This document shows positions 38,718-46,135 of a DNA stretch of 64,000 nucleotides, in pieces (the first letter of the stretch is position 1; each line of letters begins with the position of its first letter). The position numbers were made by a program, and so were the translations under genes. The DNA comes from Candidatus Parachristensenella avicola (GTDB taxonomy: Bacteria; Bacillota; Clostridia; Christensenellales; UMGS416), in NCBI GenBank assembly GCA_904420205.1, contig CAJFUN010000023.1, positions 129,409 through 193,408 of the forward strand. Reading direction: 5' to 3'. The notes under the pieces are model-generated. The model ran no database searches. It was not told the origin of the DNA and saw only the letters and a program-made list of their open reading frames with translations.

Positions 38718-39248
38718 ATGGAAATCATCAATATGCTGGCCTTATGTCCCCGCCAGAAGCAGATGTGCGCGCAGATTCTGACCGATGCACTGCCGCAGGG
38801 ATGGCCAACCCTAGCGCAGGCTATGGAGACCGTCAAAGAGCTAGATATACCCCAGAACTCTATTTTGGCCATTACAGAGGGGGACGACGTGATCGCTTGG
38901 GGCGGTATCATGCCGGACTATGACGGACACGTATTTGAGATCCATCCCCTGGTGGTGCGGGCTGACAAAAGGGGAAGCGGTGTTGGCGCTATGCTCATTA
39001 CCGCCCTGGAGAACGTAGCCCGGGTACGTAGCGGCCTTACCATTATGCTGGGCTGCGATGATGAGACGTTTGCCACCAGCCTTTCCGGCTGTGACCTATA
39101 CGACGGCCTTCCGGATAAGATGGAGCGATTTGACAGCGGTAGCCATGCCACCGGCTTCTACCGCCGGATGGGGTATACGGTGATTGGTGTGATTCCCGAT
39201 GCCAATGGGAAGGGTAAGCCCGATATTCTGATGGCTAAGCGGCTGTAG
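38718..39248 (+). CDS. GNAT acetyltransferase resembling aminoglycoside 6'-N-acetyltransferase AAC(6')-Ii
   Basis: AAGGAG 7 nt before ATG 38718. From memory of the E. faecium AAC(6')-Ii sequence, the blocks ..HPLVV..G.G..L....E..A...G..TI.LG.DDE...TSLS..DLY.. and FY...GY..IGV.PDANG.GKPDI.MAK match closely. Confidence 0.7.
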   Translation: MEIINMLALCPRQKQMCAQILTDALPQGWPTLAQAMETVKELDIPQNSILAITEGDDVIAWGGIMPDYDGHVFEIHPLVVRADKRGSGVGAMLITALENVARVRSGLTIMLGCDDETFATSLSGCDLYDGLPDKMERFDSGSHATGFYRRMGYTVIGVIPDANGKGKPDILMAKRL

Positions 39249-39255
39249 AGAAGGC

Positions 39256-39285
39256 TTGATTCCCACGCTGACCGCGTGTTATACT
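39256..39285 (+). promoter_or_regulatory. promoter TTGATT-18-TATACT with TGT extended -10
   Basis: -35 at 39256-39261 and TGTTATACT at 39277-39285. It drives the leader described next. Confidence 0.55.
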
Positions 39286-39301
39286 AACTTCATATCATAG
39301 T

Positions 39302-39455
39302 AGGAGGTTCACCTATGATCGGTTGATCTTTTCGCTGCATCGGGCCCGTTGCAAGGGCGTTGTTTGCCATGCCGGAAAGATCAAGACGGAAGCCTCCTGT
39401 TCCTATCAGGGGTTGTTTTGCGTCCTCTTTCCGGCAGGGAAAGAGGACTTTTTTT
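39302..39455 (+). promoter_or_regulatory. ribosome-dependent transcription attenuator: RBS + 3-codon uORF (ATG ATC GGT TGA) + anti-antiterminator/antiterminator/terminator
   Basis: AGGAGG at 39302-39307 and the uORF at 39315-39326. Helix 1:2 pairs 39323-39340 with 39369-39384 (12 bp, 2-nt bulge, 4 bp). Helix 2:3 pairs TGCCGGAAAGA 39370-39380 with TCTTTCCGGCA 39426-39436. Helix 3:4 is the terminator. All pairings were done by hand. Confidence 0.65.
39422..39455 (+). terminator. intrinsic terminator inside the 5' leader of the methyltransferase operon
   Basis: 11-bp stem GTCCTCTTTCC/GGAAAGAGGAC with a 5-nt loop, followed by T7. The AGGAG RBS and ATG 39467 follow immediately. Confidence 0.8.
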
Positions 39456-39466
39456 AGGAGTACAAA

Positions 39467-40123
39467 ATGAAACTGGAATATATGGGCGCGTTTTTCGACG
39501 CGCGGGTCGATGAATACGAGGCGCATATGATGCAGCATGTGGACGGGGCGGACCGGTACTATGAGGTGACAGCGCAGATGCTGCCCCTGCGGCCCAAGAT
39601 GAAGCTGCTGGATCTGGGATGCGGGACGGGACTCGAACTGGAGGCGATCTTTCGCCGCCTACCGGAAGCACAGGTAACGGGGATAGATCTATCGGAAAAG
39701 ATGCTGGAAAAGCTAAGGGAAAAGTTCCCGGAAAAGCGGCTTACCCTATACCAGGGCAGCTATTTTGACCTGCCCCTGGGGGAAACGGCCTTTGACGCGG
39801 TGGTGTCGGTACAGAGCCTGCACCACTTCACGCCAGAGCGTAAGCGCGGGCTTTTTGAGCGTATCCGCCGGGCGCTGCGGCCGGGCGGGATCTTCGTGCT
39901 GACCGATTTTGTCGCGCCCAACGATGCGATAGAGGCGCGGTGCTTTGCCGAATACGCGGCCCTGAACGTTCAGGAACCGGGCGTATATCACTTTGATACG
40001 CCGCTGACAGCAGAGCATGATCTGGCGCTGATGGCGCAGGCCGGGCTTGATGAGCCGGCGCTTCGGTGGCGCGAGAAGAATACGGTGGTCATGACGGCGA
40101 AGCGGAGGGATGAGGACGCATGA
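39467..40123 (+). CDS. class I SAM-dependent methyltransferase (substrate unknown)
   Basis: SAM motif I LLDLGCGTGLE, post-I GIDLSEKM, motif II/III ..FDAVVSVQSLHH..LRPGGIFVL. Confidence 0.85.
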   Translation: MKLEYMGAFFDARVDEYEAHMMQHVDGADRYYEVTAQMLPLRPKMKLLDLGCGTGLELEAIFRRLPEAQVTGIDLSEKMLEKLREKFPEKRLTLYQGSYFDLPLGETAFDAVVSVQSLHHFTPERKRGLFERIRRALRPGGIFVLTDFVAPNDAIEARCFAEYAALNVQEPGVYHFDTPLTAEHDLALMAQAGLDEPALRWREKNTVVMTAKRRDEDA

Positions 40124-40629
40124 AACGGCTGATTATCGTCAACGGGACTATGGGCGCAGGCAAAAGCACCCTGTGCGAAGGGCTGCTCAAAGCACTTCCT
40201 GCGGCGGTCTACCTGGATGGGGATTGGTGTTGGCGCATGGATCCCTTTATCGTGGATGAGGAAAACAAAGCCATGGTAGTGGATCATATCGTGCATCTGC
40301 TTCGGGGCTTTTTGACCAACAGCCATTTTGAGAACGTCATTTTCTGCTGGGTTATCCATCAGGAGACGATCTTCGACAGCATCCTTAAACCGTTGGCGGA
40401 TTTACGCTTTCAGCTGGAGAAGATTACGCTGATGCTTTCACCGCAGCAGTTACGGGCGCACTTTGCCCAAGACGCGGCCGCCGGCCTGCGGCGGATGGAG
40501 GATGCGCAGGCCAGCGTCGATCGGCTGGCGCTTTATCGGAATATGGATACCTTTAAGCTGTGGACCGACGGCATGAGCCCGGAGAAAACGCTCCAGGCGG
40601 CGCTGCGCCACCTGGAGGCGAATCCGTAA
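40120..40629 (+). CDS. P-loop NTPase / small-molecule-or-nucleotide kinase-like protein
   Basis: ATGA start/stop overlap with the methyltransferase gene. Walker A at the extreme N-terminus (LIIVNGTMGAGKSTL). 169 aa. The layout recalls the AAA_33 / TmrB / chloramphenicol-phosphotransferase-like families, but this is unverified. Confidence 0.7.
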   Translation: MKRLIIVNGTMGAGKSTLCEGLLKALPAAVYLDGDWCWRMDPFIVDEENKAMVVDHIVHLLRGFLTNSHFENVIFCWVIHQETIFDSILKPLADLRFQLEKITLMLSPQQLRAHFAQDAAAGLRRMEDAQASVDRLALYRNMDTFKLWTDGMSPEKTLQAALRHLEANP

Positions 40630-40638
40630 CGCGGGCGG

Positions 40639-41814
40639 TCAGCCGGTGAAGGAAACGCGGACGAAATGGCTTTTGCCCCGGGAAAGCACCAAAGGCTCCT
40701 GGCCGGGCAGAATCAGATCAGGGTCGGTGACCGGTTCACGGTTAATCCGGACGGCGCCGGCAGCAATGAGACGCCGGGCCTGGGAATTGGACTCGGCAAG
40801 GGCGCAGGCCCGCATCAGCGCCACCAAGCCGACGGGGCCCTGGGGCATCGTGAGGCAAGGAAGCTGCTGCGGCAGCCCGCCGGCGGCAATTTGCCGGTAC
40901 CGGGCTTGAGCGGCGTCGGCAGCTGATTCATCCCAGTAACGCGCCGTGATGGCATAGGCATAGCGGTAATGGGCCTGCACCATATCGGACGCAGTCAGCG
41001 CCTTCCATTCCGACTCGGGCACGTCGCTCGTTAAGGCGAAGTAATCGGGCAGGAGGGGGTCGGGCACCTTCATGCACTTTTCAAACATCACAGGGGCGGG
41101 CTCGCTGATTCCGATATAATTGTCCAGGGATTTGCTCATCTTTTCTTTCCCGTCCAGCCCGGGCAGCAGCGGGAAGGTAACGACGGTCTGCGGCCGCTGG
41201 CGATAATCGCGCTGCAGATCGCGTCCCATCAGAAGGTTAAAGGTTTGATCCGTGCCACCCACTTCAATATCTGCGTCGACCGCGACCGAGTCGTACCCCT
41301 GCATCAGCGGATAAAGCAGCTCGTGAAGGCCAATGGGCTCCCTTTGCGCATAGCGGTTGGCAAAATCATCCCGCTCAAGAATCCGGGCCAGCGTCGTTTT
41401 GCCAGCCAGCGCCAGTACTTGGCCGAAATCTAGGCGGCTGAGCCAGCGGGAATTATACTCGATACGGGTTAGACTTGGGTCGAGGATGCGGGTGACCTGC
41501 TCAAAGTAGCTCTGTCCGTTGGCTCTCGTTTGCTCGAAGGTGAGCGGGGGGCGGGTTTTGCTGCGGCCGGACGGGTCGCCGATCATTCCGGTAAAATCGC
41601 CGATGATAAAGACGATTTCGTGACCTAAGCGCTGAAGCGCGGCCAAATGGCGCAGCGCCACCGTATGGCCAAGATGCAGGTCCGGCCGGGAAGGGTCGGC
41701 CCCCATCTTGACGGTGAGCCGGCGGCCGGAAAACAGGGCGGCTTCCAGCTCCTCGGGGGAATAAACGCCAGTGGCTTGGGATAGAATCTTTTCCAGAACG
41801 CGACGGATCTCCAT
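40639..41814 (-). CDS. tyrS: tyrosine--tRNA ligase
   Basis: HIGH-type motif PDLHLGHTV, KMSKS motif and a C-terminal S4-like domain (RRLIAAGAVRINREPV). Confidence 0.95.
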   Translation of the reverse strand: MEIRRVLEKILSQATGVYSPEELEAALFSGRRLTVKMGADPSRPDLHLGHTVALRHLAALQRLGHEIVFIIGDFTGMIGDPSGRSKTRPPLTFEQTRANGQSYFEQVTRILDPSLTRIEYNSRWLSRLDFGQVLALAGKTTLARILERDDFANRYAQREPIGLHELLYPLMQGYDSVAVDADIEVGGTDQTFNLLMGRDLQRDYRQRPQTVVTFPLLPGLDGKEKMSKSLDNYIGISEPAPVMFEKCMKVPDPLLPDYFALTSDVPESEWKALTASDMVQAHYRYAYAITARYWDESAADAAQARYRQIAAGGLPQQLPCLTMPQGPVGLVALMRACALAESNSQARRLIAAGAVRINREPVTDPDLILPGQEPLVLSRGKSHFVRVSFTG

Positions 41815-41836
41815 GATCGAATACCTTCCTTTCCAT

Positions 41837-41871
41837 AAAAAAACGCCTGAAGCGTAAAGGCTTCAGGCGTT
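41837..41871 (-). terminator. intrinsic terminator in the tyrS leader (attenuator)
   Basis: Minus strand: 12-bp stem AACGCCTGAAGC/GCTTCAGGCGTT with loop CTTTAC and a T run. It ends about 20 nt before the tyrS RBS and ATG 41814. Confidence 0.8.
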
Positions 41872-41887
41872 GATCTTTCTGACCACG

Positions 41888-41980
41888 CTATATAAGCGGA
41901 CACGCCGAAAGCCTGCGCTTAGCATAATAAGCGCAGGTCTCGTTATAGGCGGAAATGACGCGCAAAAGCATTTGGTTCAT
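41888..41980 (-). CDS. candidate tyrS leader peptide (30 aa: MNQMLLRVISAYNETCAYYAKRRLSACPLI)
   Basis: GGGAGG 8 nt upstream of ATG 41980. Three Tyr codons, including tandem TAT TAT at 41929-41924. Stop TAG at 41890-41888. The ORF spans the hairpin and the antiterminator strand. It is too short for the ORF track and was translated by hand. Confidence 0.4.
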   Translation of the reverse strand: MNQMLLRVISAYNETCAYYAKRRLSACPLI

Positions 41981-42013
41981 GGTCATATCCTCCCATCCGC
42001 GTGATTGGGGATA

Positions 42014-42042
42014 ACTATATCAGCTTAGCGGGCACTTGTCAA
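42014..42042 (-). promoter_or_regulatory. sigma-A promoter for tyrS leader (TTGACA-17-TATAGT)
   Basis: Minus-strand hexamers at 42042-42037 and 42019-42014 with a 17-nt spacer. Confidence 0.65.
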
Positions 42043-42062
42043 GCGGCCGCTAGGGAAAACAC

Positions 42063-42088
42063 AAAAGCAGCGCCTAGGCGCTGCTTTT
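42063..42088. terminator. terminator after the PBP gene
   Basis: AAAAGCAGCGCCTAGGCGCTGCTTTT, a palindromic hairpin flanked by A4 and T4. Confidence 0.6.
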
Positions 42089-42100
42089 ATATAGGGCGGA

Positions 42101-44326
42101 TCAATCCTGGGGTTCGGGCGTAGCGGTAGGTTCAGGCGAAGGGGAGGGCGTAGGCGTATTCTGAGCCTGCACAAGATTGGGGCCGGATTTAATCGCCTGG
42201 AAGATCCCCCTGGCGATGGCATTGCGCACGCCGCCTTCATTGGCAGGGACTTCCACCATCACACAGACCAGACGCTGATTTTCCCCTTCCGTGTTATACC
42301 CGATTAGCCAAGCAATTTCACGGGAATTGTCAGAGCCGACCTGAGCGGTACCCGTCTTGGCGTGGACGCTCATACCGGCGATATCAATAGCGGATCCAGT
42401 ACCGCTGGTCACCACGCCCCGCAGCATATCCTGCAGGGTTTCCACGGTCTCGGAGGAGATGATTTGGGAGCGGTAAAGGGTGGGCTCCGTTTGGCTTTCG
42501 GTGACGTACTTGATGCCTTCCGTGCGTTTGATGGATGAAACGATATAGGGACGGTAAACATCGCCGCCGTTGGCCAGTGCGCTGAAGATGGAAGTCATCT
42601 GTAGAGGAGAGATTAAAAGCTCGCCTTGACCATATCCGGAGTCGGCCAGCAGCTTCTGAGAGCTGAACTCGTCATCGTTGGAAATGCGGCTGGTAGAGAC
42701 CGGCAGATCGAAAGGAAAATCTTCGTCCTCAAAGCCGAGGTTTTTCAGTGCGTCGCGGAAAGCGTCTGCGCCAATGGCCAGAGCGGTATAGGCGAAGAAA
42801 ATATTATCGGAATTGACGATAGCATGGTAGAGGTTAAGCGGATCGGGCGTCGCGCTGACGCGGCGGATAGGCGGATACACCCAACGCTCGTCATCCGGCT
42901 TCCATTCATTGTCTTCAATCCGGCTTTGATCCATGGCAAAGTCAAGGGTGATGGCCCCCGTCATCAGTCCGATGGCGCCCACAAAGGGCTTAAGGGTAGA
43001 TCCCGGAGGATAGAGGCCCAGCGTGGAACGATTGTACAACGGCGTGCGATTGGCTTCGTCAGTAAAATAGTCCCAGACAGCTTGGCTGACCGTATAGGAG
43101 AAGATGTTGGGATCAAAGGTGGGATAGCTGGCGATCGCGTCGATGGCGCCCGTTTTCGGATCCATCACGATCACCGAGCCGCTCATATCGCTGGTCAGAT
43201 GCTGTAGCAGCAGGGTTTCTACCGTCTGCTCCATGGAGAGATCCACGGTCAACCGCAAGTCGCTGCCGTCCACTGCGGGCACGCTGGCCAAGATCTGCTT
43301 TTTTGCGCCGCTTTTATCGTATATCGCCAGTTCATATCCGGATACGCCGCGCAATACATCGTCATAGGCCGCTTCCAGGCCAGAACGGCCGATGAGCGTG
43401 CCGTCGGCCAAGTTGGCATATTTCTCGTTTTCCTTATCCTCAGCCGTGATAACGCCGGTATAGCCCAGGGTATGAGAGAGGACGCTTCCATAGGGGTAAT
43501 ACCGAATCGGCGTCATAGAGGAACGGTCCACATGCAGGCCTTCGATCTCAAGGATCTGCTCTTCCAGCGCTTCGTCCAGATCATCTTTAGGAAAGACCTT
43601 CAGCGCAATGGAGCGGGAAACCTCCACATTCTCTTCATCTACGGAGGTTCCCTTTTCCGTATCGGCCGTAGTGGTTTCCGGCTCTTCCTCCTCCACAAAG
43701 CGGTCAGGATCGATCCTTTTGAGAATATCCGTTTCCGTCATCGACAGCAGCGGCGCAGCCAAACGGGCCAAGGTATCGGGATCCTTGATCTCGTCGCTTT
43801 GGGCATAAACGGTGATGGCATAATCGTTCTGCGCCAAAAGCTCGCCGTTGACGTCGAAGATTTCACCGCGCTGGGCGGCGATGTTGTTGAGGCGGAGCGA
43901 GTCCCCTTCCTCCATCCCAGGAAGGAGCAGGGAAGGCGACCAGGTCAACAGCCACTGGCCGCCTTTATACACCATGGTAATCTCATTGCCCATATTCAGT
44001 TCGCCAAGCTTGTCGCTCTGATAGGTCATAAGCACTGTGACCCGCCGCGTGTTGGCGTCCGTCTGCACATTTTCCAGGATCCGGGCGGACAGCGAGGTGA
44101 TGCTCAGCGTGGAATAGACGCTTTCATACCGGTCCGTCATTTCAGCCAGCGTCATGCCGTTGAGGCTGTCCGGGTCCAGCAGCTTATAGATACGGGCATA
44201 TTCCCGGTTCGTCAGATAGCTGAGCATCTCGGCGGCGGGATCCGTTGGGGCGGAGCCACAACCGCTTGTGGTCAACAGCATGACCAGCACCAGGATAGCG
44301 CTAAGGCCTTTGAACCATCGCTTCAT
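42101..44326 (-). CDS. class B penicillin-binding protein (transpeptidase) with NTF2/MecA_N-like N-terminal domain; lipoprotein
   Basis: Lipobox LTTSGC. SxxK STLKPF, SxN SDN, KTG KTGTA. Pro/Thr-rich C-terminal tail. GGGAG RBS. Confidence 0.9.
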   Translation of the reverse strand: MKRWFKGLSAILVLVMLLTTSGCGSAPTDPAAEMLSYLTNREYARIYKLLDPDSLNGMTLAEMTDRYESVYSTLSITSLSARILENVQTDANTRRVTVLMTYQSDKLGELNMGNEITMVYKGGQWLLTWSPSLLLPGMEEGDSLRLNNIAAQRGEIFDVNGELLAQNDYAITVYAQSDEIKDPDTLARLAAPLLSMTETDILKRIDPDRFVEEEEPETTTADTEKGTSVDEENVEVSRSIALKVFPKDDLDEALEEQILEIEGLHVDRSSMTPIRYYPYGSVLSHTLGYTGVITAEDKENEKYANLADGTLIGRSGLEAAYDDVLRGVSGYELAIYDKSGAKKQILASVPAVDGSDLRLTVDLSMEQTVETLLLQHLTSDMSGSVIVMDPKTGAIDAIASYPTFDPNIFSYTVSQAVWDYFTDEANRTPLYNRSTLGLYPPGSTLKPFVGAIGLMTGAITLDFAMDQSRIEDNEWKPDDERWVYPPIRRVSATPDPLNLYHAIVNSDNIFFAYTALAIGADAFRDALKNLGFEDEDFPFDLPVSTSRISNDDEFSSQKLLADSGYGQGELLISPLQMTSIFSALANGGDVYRPYIVSSIKRTEGIKYVTESQTEPTLYRSQIISSETVETLQDMLRGVVTSGTGSAIDIAGMSVHAKTGTAQVGSDNSREIAWLIGYNTEGENQRLVCVMVEVPANEGGVRNAIARGIFQAIKSGPNLVQAQNTPTPSPSPEPTATPEPQD

Positions 44327-44429
44327 GCTATACTCCCATATTCAAGATTACGCTTATTATATCATACTGTGCCGAATAGTCAAAGATAGGGTCGAAAGGT
44401 GTCGCGCGCCCCACTTCGTGGTGGTTTTG

Positions 44430-44458
44430 TTGACAAAGTCACATAAATGAAATATAAT
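44430..44458 (+). promoter_or_regulatory. consensus sigma-A promoter TTGACA-17-TATAAT
   Basis: Perfect hexamers at 44430-44435 and 44453-44458, about 50 nt upstream of ATG 44509. Confidence 0.7.
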
Positions 44459-44508
44459 CGTAACAAAATTAACCCAATAGAAAAAATGAGAAAGTTGGTG
44501 CAGAGCGC

Positions 44509-46008
44509 ATGAAGCTACCTGACTGGATCCGACGCAAGCCGCAGGAGGGCCGCAGTCACGGCCTGGATGCAACCTGCCGCCGGCGTGAGCAGCGCAAGCA
44601 GAAAGCACCCGGCCCCAAGGATCGGCTGCTTGCCTGGTGGAGCAAAAAGAGAGAAACGCTGATGCAGGACGAATGGGTTCGCAGGATCATGGAGCGGCGC
44701 GGGGCTAACCGCCTGAGCGGCTTGGAAAAGATGCACAGCCATCACCGGCGCAAGCGCCTGGAGCAGGAGGCGGCCCAGCTTGTGGGCCTAAAGGCGCGCG
44801 TATGTTTTACTATCCAGCATCACAAGGTGGTAGCAACGGCGTCCATGGGCCTGGCAATCGCCCTGCTGCTGAGCGGCGTGGGCATGGGCGCCAGCTACCT
44901 GGCCAGCCAGAAAAGTGTCACTTTGCTGGTCGGCAACCAGGAGCGGTACTGCATAACCACCGCCGAAAGCGTGGAGGCGCTGCTGGCGGAGCAGGGGCTT
45001 TTCCTGGGAAATGAGTGTAAGGTGGAGCCCTCGGCGGATACGCTGCTGGTCAATGGGATGACCATTCGCTACATGCCGCGCATGGGCGTAGTCATTGAGT
45101 CGGCTGGCCAGCAGCAGCGGTACTTCTTCTATACGGGTACAGTGGCGGACGCCTTAAAGGAGGCGGGCCTTACCTACGATACCGACGACAAGGTGGAGCC
45201 TTCGGCGGACACGCAGCTGACCGATGGTATGACCATCAAGCTGACCCGCTACGATACCAATACGGTAGTGGAGAACGAGCGGCTTTACTACCAGGTAAAG
45301 GAAGTAGAGGATCCAGAGCTGTATGTGGGGCAGCGCAAGGTAGTGCAAACGGGCCGGGAGGGCGAACTTGTCCGAACCGTCTCCATCCTATATGAAGACG
45401 GCGTGGAAAAGCAGCGGGAAGTCGTGAGCGAGGAGCGCACGGTTCGGCCGCGAAATGAGCTGGTGGTGAAAGGCATCAAGCCTACGCCCACGCCCACCCC
45501 CACTCCGACGCCTACCCCAACGCCCACCGCAACCCCGGAAAAGAAGGAGAGCAAAGCTGAGGCGACGGCAGCGCCCACAGCCAAAAAGACAGCTAAACCG
45601 ACAGCAACACCGAAAAAGACTGCCAGCCCGACAAAAAAGCCGACGGCAACGCCTACGCCGGATAAGGGCACGATTCCCGGTACACCGGACACCTATGAAA
45701 AGAAGCTGTCCATGATGATCACCGCTTACACCCATACGGGAAACAAGACGGCCTTAGGCACCTGGCCGGTGGCCACCCGGACCCGGGAGAATCCCGGCAC
45801 GGTGGCGGTTGCTCCCCAGACGATTCCCTATCATACGCTGCTGTATGTGCCGGGATACGGCTATTGCCTGGCAGAGGATACGGGTGGGTTCCGGCACGAC
45901 CGGCCTTATCAGATCGACCTGTTTATGGACACGGAAGAAGAATGCATCGAGTGGGGACGCAAGCGGGACTACACGGTATATATTGTAGAATATAATTATG
46001 AGCGGTAG
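44509..46008 (+). CDS. YabE/RpfB-like cell-wall protein (DUF348 repeats, G5, 3D domain)
   Basis: TM helix near residue 110. DUF348-like repeats (VTLLVGNQERY.., ..GMTIRY.., ..GMTIKLTRY). G5 (QRKVVQTGREGELVRTVSILYEDGVE). PT linker. 3D domain (MITAYTHTGNKTALGTWP..GYCLAEDTGG..IDLFMD). The start is uncertain because the basic N-terminal extension is unusually long. Confidence 0.8.
   Translation: MKLPDWIRRKPQEGRSHGLDATCRRREQRKQKAPGPKDRLLAWWSKKRETLMQDEWVRRIMERRGANRLSGLEKMHSHHRRKRLEQEAAQLVGLKARVCFTIQHHKVVATASMGLAIALLLSGVGMGASYLASQKSVTLLVGNQERYCITTAESVEALLAEQGLFLGNECKVEPSADTLLVNGMTIRYMPRMGVVIESAGQQQRYFFYTGTVADALKEAGLTYDTDDKVEPSADTQLTDGMTIKLTRYDTNTVVENERLYYQVKEVEDPELYVGQRKVVQTGREGELVRTVSILYEDGVEKQREVVSEERTVRPRNELVVKGIKPTPTPTPTPTPTPTPTATPEKKESKAEATAAPTAKKTAKPTATPKKTASPTKKPTATPTPDKGTIPGTPDTYEKKLSMMITAYTHTGNKTALGTWPVATRTRENPGTVAVAPQTIPYHTLLYVPGYGYCLAEDTGGFRHDRPYQIDLFMDTEEECIEWGRKRDYTVYIVEYNYER
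45481..45533 (+). repeat. imperfect hexanucleotide (ACN CCN) repeat encoding a (Thr-Pro)n linker
   Basis: Encodes PTPTPTPTPTPTPTATP inside the YabE-like gene. Confidence 0.7.
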
Positions 46009-46068
46009 CATACCGCCCAAAGCAGGCGCGCATCCGGCCAAGCCGGGCGCGCCTTTAGCATGTTTGAC

Positions 46069-46097
46069 TTGACAAATAGAAGGGTTAACTGTACTAT
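46069..46097 (+). promoter_or_regulatory. promoter TTGACA-17-TACTAT upstream of rsmA
   Basis: Hexamers at 46069-46074 and 46092-46097. Confidence 0.5.
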
Positions 46098-46135
46098 GGC
46101 ACATAGAACAGTTAAACGGGCAGTAGGAGAGTCAT

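Noticed and set aside
41815-42010. Expected T-box riboswitch upstream of tyrS
   Set aside because: I could not find the conserved T-box sequence, a Stem I/specifier loop with UAC/UAU followed by a purine, or AG-bulge/distal-loop motifs. The best antiterminator pairing involves a uORF-internal strand instead. An Infernal scan is still needed.
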